The position numbers and the translations under genes are program-made. From Haliotis rufescens (lineage: Eukaryota), in the NCBI RefSeq assembly GCF_023055435.1, contig NW_025963779.1:18848001-18912000 (forward strand): a DNA stretch of 64,000 nt, given 5' to 3'. Shown here one piece after another: positions 13,846 to 26,915 of this stretch. Each line of letters opens with the position of its first letter. The first letter of the stretch is position 1. The notes below the pieces were generated by a model, which had not been told where the DNA came from, did not search any database, and was given only the letters and a program-made list of their open reading frames with translations.

Positions 13846-16284
13846 GTGAATCACAAACCCGCGAAAGATAAGAATATTCGACCCGAATAATCAGCTGATG
13901 GCTGACAGCTATCCCGAACAAAAGCAGGTAAATCTAGAGCGTTAGAGTTTAGGGCACCTGCCGCCTTACCTATCATTACTTCAAAACTGAAAGTATGTCT
14001 CAAATATATTTTCCATATACCTTTTGAAACACTTTTTGAAAATATTCGCGCAATAATTAATGATGAATGAATTTGTAGCCGTTTGACCTAGAAATATATC
14101 CGAATATTTTAATAGCACAACCGCAGGTGCAACCCAATTCTACTATTTAACAAGTGTTAAAACCATTAAAAACATATGACATTACTCAATATTAAATTAT
14201 TACCTCTACAAGTACCTGTTAACATGACAGACGTGGCTACCCATTGTGGATTGTAAATGTGTTTACATTGTTAACGTACCTAAATATATATTAGTATATC
14301 ATTTATGTCCATGGTTTGTTTTTAGAAAACATCAGCCTTTAAACATGACCAAACAATAATTTTTTATAATTTTAGAAAAGGTATATCTACACTTAAAACA
14401 TGAATGATGTCTACACTAAACTTTCTCCTTTTCCATACATAATGCGATTAAAATGTAACTTTTATCAACGTTTACGTGGACGATCGTTTCTATATTATGC
14501 AAATTAACCGCAGTTCTATTACTGTGTGTGATTCAGATCTGATATACTAAACCGAAGGTCATGGAAGCCGTCCTCAAATATGATATGCTGTTTTGTGATG
14601 AGAATAATAAAAGTGTCAATTTCAATAATATATATAGTGAAGACTTTACATCCCAGAGAAAACGTTTTAGGCACACAACTCCACTGTCTATTGTCGGGTG
14701 GAATTTGTTATACACTAATGGTAATGGATTTTTAGTTTCATTGCGAAATGGGTTACTTAAAAATAATAGGATATATTGAAAAAAAATAATTCTGAAACAA
14801 ACATTCCGGTTAAGAAACCAGTATAAATTTGCTCATCTTATGACACTTAAAATAGATATTCGTGGAAATTGATCCAGTTGTATACGACGTCTTAATATTT
14901 GTGGCAGCTTTGCTGACAATATCACACTGGGTGCACGCCAGTAATGCATATAAAGCAAATAGCAAATTACATCAACCGCAATAAGATATCCAAAAGACAA
15001 ATAATGTTGATGCGGGATGAGATAGATGAAGGTAGATTACCTTGTGGACGTGTTGACACGTAGGTTGCAGTCTGATGACCTTGTGGGTTATTGGATGAGC
15101 TGATACTTTTACCTATTTGATTTTTACATATTTAACTATTTTATCTTAAAATCATTTTTCAATTTCGTTGTCAATTCCAGTTTGTCTCTCTTTGAATCAC
15201 TACAATACTGAAATTGATGGTGAACCTCTGTATTTCTATTACCGTCCATCATTAAGCAAACAGTTGAAACATGAACTCTTCAGATTATAATGTCGACCGA
15301 GACAAAAAACATTTCTAAAGCACATATACCTGGCACAGGCAGGTAGGTAATACAAAAAAATCCTAATCAACTTAATGACGCTAATTGATATAAGCTCACT
15401 AAGGGGTAGAGTAAATCCCCCTTAGAAAATACAGAACAGCCTGTGACGAGTTGGCAATGGTTATCTTCACACTTAGCCTTAAAGCGCAAGTTGTTTCATA
15501 GATACCGAGAATCCAACGAAGCTGGCGTAAAATGCACTTTACTGCACACGTTTGTTTAACACCAATAAATAGTACTTCATTTGAAACCAGTCACGTGTGC
15601 AAGTTTTTGCATCATCATATGCATCTATGATACTTAAGCATAATTCCTTCGTAGAGCTTTGCTTTTTTGTTTGTTGTTTTACGCAATACCCAGCGATAGT
15701 CCAGTTATATGTTCGGACCAGACAAACAAGTGATTGGTATGAGCTAGATAAAATTTTAGTCCCAACTTCATTATCTGAAAATTTGTGACAAATGAAAAAA
15801 TAGAGCGACAGGGCTCTGAAGCTCATCCGAATTATGAAGAAATAATAGTGGCCATGTTTTGAATCGGATCGGAATTCCGTGAGCACATTTTGGAGACACC
15901 TTTCATTCACATAAACTGTCACCTCCGTAGATTTACAGATTTAGAGGAGTTGTTCAAATAGACCCACAAGGCTTTGTAGCTCACCTGGCTTAATACTAAT
16001 TAATACTAATTATTTGATGGCACCTTATTTGCAACATAGTTTAGGACAAGTATGTATGTAAATAGTGATCTCCCTATGGTCATTATATTCACACAACGTC
16101 TAAGCCCTGTGCCCAATGCATATAGTGGTTCTCAAGAATAAATATTACAAACCTTTTTTTATAAAATTTGATTTGTTAAATATCTTTAAGTTAAACAACA
16201 ACACACAAAAAAATCTCAATGAAATGAATAAGATGTCATCATAACAAGAAACACGCATGCCTCGTCATTCAAGCAGTATCAGTG

Positions 16285-16296
16285 GTGTGTGTGTGT

Positions 16297-16337
<41 letters not shown>

Positions 16338-16467
16338 TGTGGTGTTTTTTTAACGCCGTACTCAGTAATATTCCAGCAATATGACGGCGGCCTGCAAATA
16401 ATCGAGTCTGTATTACGATGACATATCAACCAAGTCAGCGAGCCTGACCATCCGTTCCCGTTCACGG
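16285..16467 (-). repeat. (GT)n microsatellite plus internally deleted family A SINE-like copy
   Basis: GT run at 16285-16340, then tttaacgccgtactcagtaatattccagc...gagcctgacca. Confidence 0.75.
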
Positions 16468-16897
16468 AATCAGAGGAGAAGATATATATAAGAGTATACT
16501 AAATAGGCTAAGCTATTTCAACTGCGAAGGTCAGTGTTGGGATTTCCATGGTGATGTGCTTTTTAAGCATTCCATCACAGGAAAGAGACCCTTCTTTGAA
16601 GTGATGTAGGCCCCTAGCCTTTGCCTCGACGGCCGAAGCAATGTCTTTTTTGGCAATTGAGAGGTCACGGACACACAAGTTACATTAGTTAAAAAGCTGA
16701 CATACAGTCCGTGGACAGTTTCACCCTGCTTGAACTGGTTTACTTTCTAAAATATTTAACGATATAGGCATGTGAAACTTGTGGACCCCCATACCGACAA
16801 CCTCTCCCAGTGTTGCTCGAACCGTTTCTTTTCGAAGTCAAGTTTGATTTCCATGGCAACCCTGTGCGAAAACCTACTTCTTGCCATTGCGCCGCAA

Positions 16898-17282
16898 ATA
16901 GAGGATATTATATGAGTGTTCATGTCATACTATGTTTACGACACGAGTGTCTCAATATCGGAATTTTGGCACGTGCGTCGTAAACATAGCATGTCATGAA
17001 CACGAATATAATGTTCTATTTATTACCGAAGAAGATGTCTACATACAGAGACGAATTTTAGTGTTTACCAGCAAGTCGCAACAGCAGCGGAACCACAATT
17101 TGTCGAATGACGTCAACAATCCTCAGCTATGACGTCGTTTCTAGTGTGACGTCATTCCGACCTCACCTCACAATAAGATTCGCATGACGGAAACAATACA
17201 CTGTTTCGCGTGACGTGAAATGACCCTTGGGCACATAAGGTTTTTATGAACCCCGATATGTTTGCCATCGAAGGTAATAATA
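16898..17282. mobile_element. Unclassified non-autonomous element with a 5' long hairpin
   Basis: aatagaggatattatatgagtgttcatgtcatactatgtttacgac pairs with gtcgtaaacatagcatgtcatgaacacgaatataatgttctatt (16898-17020). A second pair, tattaccga.../...aaggtaata, closes near 17282. Confidence 0.55.
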
Positions 17283-17439
17283 TGAGATATGATACCGTTT
17301 TACTTTTTATGAACAATGGTGCTATTAACGCTGCTACAGTTAATTATCATGACTTGGCAGCGCAGATTTGGCGTGAGTGTTGTTCCTTTGGTATTTTGTA
17401 ACTACATATCCTGCTTCAGCTAACCCCTCGATTCACTCG

Positions 17440-17662
17440 TGTTTAACGCCCCACTTAGCAATATTTCAGCTATATGACGGCGGTCTGTAAATAATCGAGT
17501 CTGGACCAGAAAATCCAGTGATTAATATCATGAGCATCGATCCACGCAATTGGGATTGATGACATGCATCAACGTTAGTCGCCTTTTACGACAGGCATAG
17601 TCACCTTTTACGGCAAGCATGGGTTGCTGAAGACCTATTCTACCCCGGAATCTTCACGGGTC
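17440..17662 (-). mobile_element. Family A SINE-like retroposon, internal deletion
   Basis: Reverse complement of 28176-28442, ending tcttcacgggtc. Confidence 0.85.
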
Positions 17663-18449
17663 TTCGAGTGAAGAGGAAACAAGATATCGAATGTATAAAA
17701 ATGCTTTATTATATAAATATCAAGTATGTACAAAAATAGTGGTTGGTTTATTACCAAGACATTACAAATGCCACGTAAACACAGGAACTAAGGCTTCACA
17801 GTCATTGAGTTCAACAGAAAGTTGAGACAGAACTGACAGCTTAGAAGAGCTGTTACTCCAATCGAGTGTATTTTGAAGGGTAATTAGTGCAAACTGCATC
17901 AACAATCTCTCAACCACATCCGCATTAATATGCTCAAAATTACAATAATTTAGTATGTACTCTATTTCTGGACTCATTTTATTAAAAAACAACATTCTGT
18001 CACATTTATAGGAGCATTAACTGTTACGATGTTTTTTGCAGTATAAGCCTAATACAAGACTGTCCTGCATGTGTGATTACGTATCGTGACATCAGTCAGT
18101 GACATTACCGCATGGCGATCTGGGCGTTTTAATATTAGGTGCATGAACGAGACACAAATTGCATGCTGAGATCTAACAGTCAAACACAGTTTGAACCGAA
18201 ACTATCGATGCTTCCCGATACTTCAAAGGCAGTTTATCATGATGTTTTTTTATGTTGTAGCTCATCGAAATTAAATGCACTAGACCAGTGGATGATCATC
18301 ACCTGATTGACCAAACACGGTTGAATCATGAGGCAGCAATAGTTCTGATCAATTTGCTCAATAACATCAACACATCGGTGTACATTCAACACTCGGATGC
18401 GGGGCATGACGTCCAGACTTGACAGCTGGATGTAGCCAATAACGTATTT

Positions 18450-18604
18450 TTGGTTTGGTTTGTTGTTTAACGCCGCACTCAGCAATATTCCAGCTATATG
18501 TCGGCGGTCTGTAAATAATCGAGTCTGGACCAGACAATCCAGTGATTAACATCATGAGCATCGATCCACGCAGTTGGGATACAATGACGTATTTGTTAAG
18601 CAAC
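18450..18604 (-). mobile_element. Family A SINE-like retroposon, 5'-truncated
   Basis: 3' half of family A with its AAAC/AACC tail. Confidence 0.8.
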
Positions 18605-18942
18605 CGAGGATAAATTCTGATAACCCCTTTCCACCTGTATTTATATCAAAAGATATCGGATGTGGATTTTAATGTTAATGTCACACAGTGTCGGTGATCG
18701 GTAAGGTATAGGCATAACCATAACCTCTTTGAACAACATAACTTACTCATGTGGCGATATGTTTTCAACAAATATAACGCCACTACCAAACGCAAGTTTT
18801 CAAAAGGCTGTTTCCGTGCTTGAAATGGGACATATTACGATAGTGTTGGTGAGCGATTGCTGACATATTGGACCTCACACATAGAACGAATTTAGGCATC
18901 ACGCGCGAAAACACCATCTAGTCATAAAACACAAAACAATAA

Positions 18943-19147
18943 GTAAGGATACAATATATGGATGAACAATTTCTTTATTACAATTAGGAGCGACGCTTCG
19001 GTGGAGGTTCGAACACCGTTATCAAGCAAGTGTTGACGGTGTTAGAACCTCCACAGAAACGTCGCGCCTAACCGTAATAAAGAAATTGTTAACCATATAT
19101 GGCATCCTTACTTAGAACTCCAATTTCTGAATGCCTCTCAAAGAAGT
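18943..19147. mobile_element. Fold-back Penelope-like retroelement remnant with a hammerhead-core remnant
   Basis: ~85-bp inverted arms plus a 3' tail ending aatgcctctcaaagaagt; 13-bp TSD CACAAAACAATAA (18930-18942, 19148-19160); minus arm reads TTGATAA-C-GGTG..CACC-GAAGCGTC. Confidence 0.7.
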
Positions 19148-19599
19148 CACAAAACAATAATTGTTTCAGAATCTCCGAAATAATCACACATTTAATCACA
19201 AAGGCTTTGAAATTTTGAGTCTCAGCAATGAGAAGAGTATTGAAAAATTGTGATGTTCGTAGCCTCACACAGGATTCATACAGGGCTCATGTTCAGAATG
19301 TATTGAATACTCTTGGAATACTATGGGGGCTTACAGGCAATCTCCTTCATTGTAAACTTGATCAAATTCCCTTTTGGCAACAATTTGAATAAAAACATAT
19401 ATTTATTTTAAATAAAATCCATAAGTGTACCATTACATGTAATAGACTTGTTTTGTATAGCATTTGTATTTCTGATTTTGTTTTCTGTCTTACAGTCAAG
19501 TAGAGAAGTCATTGGCATCGTAAGTTTACACTGGTTTCTTGTGATGAACTATCTTCGAGACAACAGAGGTTGAGATCACGGTGCCTACCAGAATAACAG

Positions 19600-19930
19600 C
19601 TGACGTGGTATCACATTGAATGACGTCACATGGTGTGTTATATCATGAATATCGGACCAGTAGCGTGTGACGTGGTATCACAGTAAATGACGTCACAGTA
19701 GTGTTTGTCGTGATATCACATTGAACAGTTTTTGTCGGACTTGGCCCCACAGTGAAGACGTCCCAGTGGCGAGTGACGTGGCATCACAACGTCATTGTGG
19801 TCTGGCATAGTATCACAGAAGTGAATAGCGTCACAGTGGGGTCTGGCTTAGTAGCACTTGACATAGTGTCACAATGTCACAGGGAATAGCATCACGAGCG
19901 TATGGCATTGTATCAGTGTATAGCGTCACA
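19600..19930. repeat. Degenerate tandem repeat rich in TGACGT/ATCACA, in the FAM184-like 3' UTR region
   Basis: tgacgtggtatcaca at 19601 and 19667, a variant at 19774; TGACGTCA at 19621 and 19689. Confidence 0.55.
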
Positions 19931-20214
19931 GAAATGGCCGTCATGGTATGTTCATAACAGTGTCCGACATACTAGTAATAGTACATACTTATCACAGTAC
20001 TGCTTTTTGGATATCAACATTAATCCTCGTATGCTTCGACATAACTCTATAGCTATGACGTCACCCGACACAAACAGTAGTTTCTGTGACGGACATATTC
20101 ATCCTTGTCAAGTGCTACAACGCCCCTCCTGACTGGACTCACTGAAGTCTTCAAATGCGCAGTATGTCACAGTAAGTGCCATTCGTTCAGTGGTAACTAC
20201 CTTGTCCTATAGTG

Positions 20215-23200
20215 TCATTTTGAAAAGAGCATTTCCTTTGGAAGCGGCCTCGGCTTGGAAAATTTCTGTGACCTTGACCTTCCATCGGCGGAAGACGTTG
20301 TGGAAGCTATGGATGGCAACTGACTGGAAGCCGAGTTTGGCCGTGGGCTTGGGTTCAGCTGGAACAAAAATACACACGGACATATTAACCAGTCGTTCTG
20401 TGCTGCTCTTTAAATTTGATGTATTTTAATGAGAAACTACTTTTCTCCATGAGGTCAGAGATGTACTGAGTCTTATATTTGTTTTTGTTTGGAATAAAAA
20501 ATATTTCGTCAACATCTTCAGCTTGTTTAACCTCAATCCTGATTCATGGATCCGAGAGGCACTAAATGGTGCATGTAGGCCAATATTGTATGCGAATGGA
20601 ATTTATTTATCTCATTACATCGATATCTCTGTGACTACCGAGAACTTTACAAAGGCGTTGCAATAAAATCCTTCATTTAAAGGCTATTGATTCTATTTCA
20701 ATTATTCTACATTTAGTCGATACCAATGGCTTTTACGTTTAATTGTCAACATCACCACCCCATAGTGCTGAGTTAGAATTTTGTCGTATTTTGAAGTTTG
20801 AATTTTGACTAAAAGGAAACAGGTTTGTAACTCAAATATCTTTAACAAAATTAAATTAAATACATGTGAATACAAATTGGTGTAACAAAACACGAGCTTG
20901 ATCTTAACTTAGAACGTTCCCCCACAAAATGCACGTATTGAGGAGTTAGTCACAAATTATCATTCACTTTCGGTATTGATAGTTTTCACTGGGTATTTAT
21001 AATATTTTTACACGCTTGGGTCCAGACTAATTGGTATTTTCCCCAAAATTATGTGAACACAATGCTATTGTAGTCTTGTTCCAGATGACTCCTACTTTAT
21101 ATCTCTTTGTGTGCTGCCCCTAGTGTGCAACATGTCGCATACATTCACAACAATGCTATACATGTCTTATTAGACGTAGAGCCTTTTGTATGCATTATTC
21201 ACTGTATTAGTTGTTGTATACGCGATGCCTGCATTGGATCAGTAAATAAATATGCGTAAAGAAACATAGGTACGCTATTTGAAAATAATACATTGGGTAA
21301 TTACGCACAGTGTTGTTCTACTATTGTGTCTTATTCATATTTTAATCCGTATTTGTACGCAAGCAACTTAAATTATTTGGGTAATGGTCATATATTTTGG
21401 GTATATGCAAATTATCTCGAGCTCTGCAAATATATATTCATCTTCCCGAGGCAAGCGTATCCATTGGCCTATATCAAAGCCTACTTTCGACCTTTGCCAC
21501 ATCAAGGCCATTTTTCTTGGCTCGAAACTGGTGCCACCTCGCGTAGATCACGAGTTGTGCCCCTTGTAATGAAAACGCGATATCCAATCAGATCGCTGTT
21601 CTTATCTCGTACAGCTCCACCAAGATGGCGACTACCATGCATAGGCGACGACCTAGTCGACCAGATAACGAACACATTCGCGATTTCATCCCTGACACAA
21701 AAACATAGGCAATCGTTGGGGTTTTTAAAGATGAAAATGACATATTCGTGTCAACAAAGACAGACAGGGGTAAATCACTTTCGTACGAAGTGTACAGTCG
21801 TGGATGTTGATTTTGTAAGATGATATAAATAAGCCAGATAATACTGGTAAGGCGGAGGCTGTGTCAGACCACTTATTAGGGTATAGGATTCCTATCATCC
21901 CATATACCATATAAGATTGAAGACACCATAATAAAGCTAAAATAATAATAATTAAAATTATAATTCACAAATATAAAACAATAATAACACTTCTACAGCA
22001 TACTGCTATCTATGGACTCACGTGAATGACCAAGCACCTAGGGCTTACCTCCTCGTAGTACGTTTGTATGGTACTGGAGAAGTGGGGTTTGCCTGTGGGG
22101 ACTGCGGTGTTTCTGTGGTTCCGAGAGCCGGGTTTTGTGTACCCGTTTACCAACACTGGCTGGCCAAGTCCATTTTGAATCACAGACCCTGACTGACCAT
22201 GGCTGAGGTTGCTTTGGCTGCGATTGAGAGATTTGTTAGGTTGAGGTGACTGTCCTGCTCCGGACTTAGCGCTCCTCGGATCCACAATGACCGGCTGTTG
22301 CGTGGTAAACACACGGTTGAAGTTGGAGTCTCTGTTGCTGAGTTCCAGGCGGTAACGCTGTATTTCCCGGCGTAGTCGCTCCAGCTCCTCGTTGTGGTTC
22401 TATAAAACAAACACAGTACTACAGGAGTGAGTTGAGAAGTCCTGTACCACTCAATCATGACGGAAATCCCGAAGACCTGGGCTAGAATAGGTCTTCAGCA
22501 ACCCATGCTTGCCGTAAAAGGCGACTATGCTTGTCGTAAGAGGCGACTAACAGGATCAGGTGGTCAGGCTCGCTGACTTGGTTGATGCATGTCATCGTAT
22601 CCCAGTTGCGTGGATCGATGCTGATTATGCCAATCATTGGGTTGTCTGCTCCAGACTCGATTCTTTACAGACCGCCGTCACATAGCTGGAATATTGTTGA
22701 GTGCGGCGTTAAACAACAAACAATCATGAAAGGACGATCCCTTTAACGAAGAAGGCGTTCCGGATAAAACCATCCACGAGTAGTGAGTAAAGGATACATA
22801 GAAATGATTTGACCACGGTGTGGTCTTCCCCTTCAGCAACCGAAGGTATAGATCTAGTCATTCAAGTTCTTTTTACTGCGACACAGATTTATGATAATGT
22901 TTCTCAAACATAAAAAAATGCTTCATATGCAGTTGATAAGAGTTGAGTTGATTATGGTTTAACGCCACTTGTAATAGAATATCAGATTTATCGCGGCCTG
23001 TCTGCTTGGAAAACCCAAGGGTATAGTGTTGACAGTCATAACTGGGGCGAAACTCGTATTCGACACCAACTATCAGCAGATCCTGGTTCCTTACATCACG
23101 ATATAATAACAGAGTATGAGTAGTAATACATTGAGACAATATTTGGATATAGTTTTGAGAACGGGAACTTAATCAGTGACATAATTGAATATATACCCTT

Positions 23201-24411
23201 AAAACTGGCTACAATCAGCGTTTCATCTGTCGGCAATGGTTACTTACTGTATAAGACGGCGCACTGCGGGGCATCTTGTTTACTTGACTAGCCACAGTTT
23301 CTGTGACGCGTCTGTTGAAGTCTCGCTTCAGATTTTTCAACTCAGTCTCCAATACCTTGACCTTGGCCAACAACTGATCCTTGACCCTATGACTTTCTTC
23401 CAACAGTTCATGCATGTGAGTCAACTCAGTCTCCAACTTCTCATTGCTCTTCTCGAAATCTCTGACAGCCGAGTTTGTCTCCTTCTCCGAAACCTTCATT
23501 CCCTTTTCAAGAAGTGCCACTTGTTTGCGCAACCGTTCAATCTCTCGGTCTCGCTTTGCTATCTCGTCTGATTTTAAGTTAAGTTGTTCTGCGACTCCAT
23601 GGCGTAGCTGCTCAATGTCCTTCTGGGCGTTGATGAGAAGGTCCCGGATGTTCTGGCACTCCTTCCTCTCGTCGACCAAATGTTGCTCGCTGTCCGCCAG
23701 CCTCCTGGCGAGTTCCGCCTCCCGCAGCATGTACTCCTGTTTCATCATCTCTCGCATCTTCTCGCCCTCGTCTCCAGCCCGGGATCGCATGTCTTCCAAA
23801 TCTGACTGCAGGGTCGACAACCTTTTTCCGGCGTCTTCTATGATGTTCTGGATCTCCAACTCATATGCTTCCTTCACAGCATCAATTTCAACCTGAAGAT
23901 AACCATAGAACATTAGACTTAAAGATACAGTTATCATTTCGCAAACAATGTTGTCTTACTGGCTAACTACGCGTTCATATTATAATAAGCCTGTGTGTTA
24001 CTCTGTTTTAAGACCAGGTTGCTGTTTAGAGAATAGTTTTACGCCGTTTATAGCAAGATTCCAGCAACATCAGGGAGGGGACACCAAGACTTCACACAAT
24101 GGGCGAATAGAACGGAAATGGAACATACGCTTTAACCACTAGGGTACCACCTTATTGCGGCCTGATGAACTTTTCAAGAAAGCCGACGGAACACATACAT
24201 ACAGACAGACACGTAGTGATATTCTCCACCTTTCTTAACAAACTATCGACTAAAATCTATGTCTACCCGATGTATAGATATCTTTACATTTTCTTCGTTA
24301 CATTGTTACCTCCTTTTCATGATTGCGCGTGAAGAGCATGTGCACGACTTGCGTCAGCTCTGCCACCTTCTTTGACATCCGGAACTCGAAACTCCTCCTC
24401 TGCTTCTCCAT
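20215..24411 (-). CDS. FAM184-family-like coiled-coil protein, 413 aa; coding exons complement(join(20215..20358,22049..22399,23248..23892,24310..24411))
   Basis: N-terminus MSKKVAELTQVVHMLFTRNHEKEVEIDAVKEAYELEIQNII resembles the FAM184A N-terminal motif (MSKKIAQLTKVIYALNTKNDEHE). Exon 3 YRLELSNRDSNFNRVF resembles the FAM184 C-terminal motif (YQLELVNRETNFNKVF). Three phase-0 GT-AG introns, an in-frame TGA upstream of the ATG, minus-strand AATAAA at 19402-19407. Confidence 0.85.
22468..22720 (+). mobile_element. Family A SINE-like retroposon, near full length, in a FAM184-like intron
   Basis: Colinear with 28176-28442. Confidence 0.85.
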
Positions 24412-25300
24412 GTTGTCCTCTTCGTCTGTCACAACACCGGGGCCGTTATTCCGTCGTCAAACAACAACATGCCCTTCTCCGTGACACTCCTGCACCTTCT
24501 TCAGTGATCTTCAGCCGAACTCCATAACTGAGACTGCTGTAAATGAAGGAGTGAGTTAGATTGGTGAGCAACCTGACAAGACGCTGTCATTTAAAACGCC
24601 GTGACCTCAGGTCTGGATCTCGTCCTTCCAGGATATAATGGAATATAGTCCTATACATAACTGACTGCACTGTTCGTGAACAGAGTGACTGACTTCTAGA
24701 ACGATTAATGTGACGTTTTCGTTAAACCATGCAGCTCCATAAGACGATTAGTTGGACGTATCGACTGTGCATCCTAATCTTATATTTTCTTGATCCTGTA
24801 TTTTGTGAATTGAATTGCATTACACGGTGCAACTGGTTTCGCTGGGGACACTTTAATCCCTCTTGCTAGTAATAGAGATTATAGTTAATCCTCTGGGATT
24901 GGCACGTTCAATTGCATACTGGAAATAAATCGACAGTGATATCCCATAATGTTCTTATGTGTAGCTACAGCAGGCCGAGTGCCGGGAATTGATGTGCACG
25001 TTAATCAAGAAAACCTATAAAGTTTATATGGCCAGGTAGATTTTAATAATAAATGCTCTCTATGAGAAATATATATTGTGTCTAAACAATTAAATTAGAA
25101 ATTCGTGTACATTTTCAAAAGAAATAAAGCAAAAATCGTTTCATATAATTTTGTTCATGCTTTAAAAAGTCCTTTCAGAAAATGTATGGGCCTATACACT
25201 TTGCCAGCTATTTTTAAGAATGATAAGTCACTTAGTAAATAATGTTATATCATCGTTAGGTACCATATATCAGTAACATTTGCCAATATATTTACATGTA

Positions 25301-25474
25301 CAGTAAAGTACGGTTATAACGAACTCAAAGGGACTACTAATTTTTGTTCGTTATAACCGTAATTCGTTATAAGCATATATACAGCATAACTACAGCATAT
25401 AGTCGGGACTAAAAAGTTAGTTCGTTATATCCGTTTGTTCGTTATAAGCGTGTTCTTATAACCGTAGTTTACTG
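25301..25474. mobile_element. Tc1/mariner-type MITE
   Basis: TA-CAGTAAA.TACGGTTATAA ... TTATAACCGTAGTTTACTG-TA; internal GTTCGTTATA repeats; related longer copy at 41760-42215. Confidence 0.8.
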
Positions 25475-26853
25475 TATGTTGATTTGTTAGGAGGCGACAA
25501 CCTCAGTGCACTAGGATAACGACGTTGGTGCATGAGCAAATAGTGTATTGCAGGCAATACAGCTACATGAGGCGATTATCTAGTATGCTAATTTGATGAC
25601 TGTCCTTTTCGAAGTCCTTTGAAAAAATGGCTCGTGAACATGGAACAATGTGGTCGGGGTACGATGACACACCAGGGCAACCAGGCTTTACCTGCTGTAG
25701 GAAGGCGTGTATCGTGGCGCTGTCTGTACTTGAGAGAATCTCAATGAAATACATGTTATCTTCTAAGATATGAAAACAAGACACACAAGAGATATATTGT
25801 TGACAGGACACTACCCCTATACCACTCACTCACACATGTTAACTGACATTTTATCATTGTCCAATCGTAGCTGTACCTATACTACTCAAAAGAAGTTAGG
25901 GACCACCAGATTCTTTCATATCACCATAGTTAATCTGTCATGCCATGTAATATGACAGAGTCGGGTGATCCTTGACTTCTTTTGAGAAGTATATATATAT
26001 ATATCTGGTTTACAGGTCCTGCAGGGGTCACGGACACTGTCGGTGAGTGAGCTGGTATAAAGGCTGGTTGCACATGCTGGTGAAAGGGTATGGTGCAGAC
26101 CAAATATCAAAATCGGGATGAATATTGGATTCGAACCCACTCACTCAATTCAGGAAACATGTCTTATTCCATATATTTCTTGCCCTAGGTTCCTGTTTAA
26201 GTGTTTCAATAAGCGGCTTGTCTGCTACCCCAGTGATAAAATAATAATAATGCCAGTCTTATCTCGATGACAAAGAAACTGCGGAACAGATCAGCTAATA
26301 AAACCTGCGATGACTACACCTTAGCAACGGTTACTTCCATTTACAAGCGGTGACATTCTTCGGCATAAATTCAAGAATCGTGAGTACAACGTAGAGCCAT
26401 ATGGTTGTTCAAAATATTGAATTGAATACCCCGTTTCCGTGTCGCCAGAGAATGTCTCAATAGTCTCTCCAGTTACGGCCCTGTCCGCGGCGTGTTGTAT
26501 GGCGAGACCGCTGACACGGAACACGAGGGGCGACTGTTCAATATATTAAATATAATGCATAACTGTACATACCGGGGATCACATTGTCAGTATCTGTAAG
26601 GGGATTTATTACCAATAAAGATCATAGATCAAGAAACGTTTACACGTCCGACAGATCACCGATATTTGGGTAATGTTAATTGGAGCAGCACTACAACAAC
26701 TTGGGGCAGCACTACAACAAAAGCACCACCGTTTATGTTGGCGTTGTCGCATAAACGCCAATAGTTAAAGTCTAAAAAGTTATAGGTACATGTATAACAA
26801 AATCTCTTTTTTCAGAAAGGCGTACGATGTTCCGCTTTAAAGTAACCTTTAGA

Positions 26854-26857
<4 letters not shown>

Positions 26858-26913
<56 letters not shown>

Positions 26914-26915
26914 AC
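26858..26915. repeat. (CATA)n/(CA)n microsatellite
   Basis: Direct inspection. Confidence 0.9.

Noticed and set aside
21293-21823. 176-aa plus-strand ORF
   Set aside because: Non-ATG start, overlaps a Mutator-like MITE end at 21439, no recognisable domain.
23236-23896. Plus-strand ORFs of 111 and 150 aa
   Set aside because: Antisense shadows of the FAM184-like coiled-coil exon.
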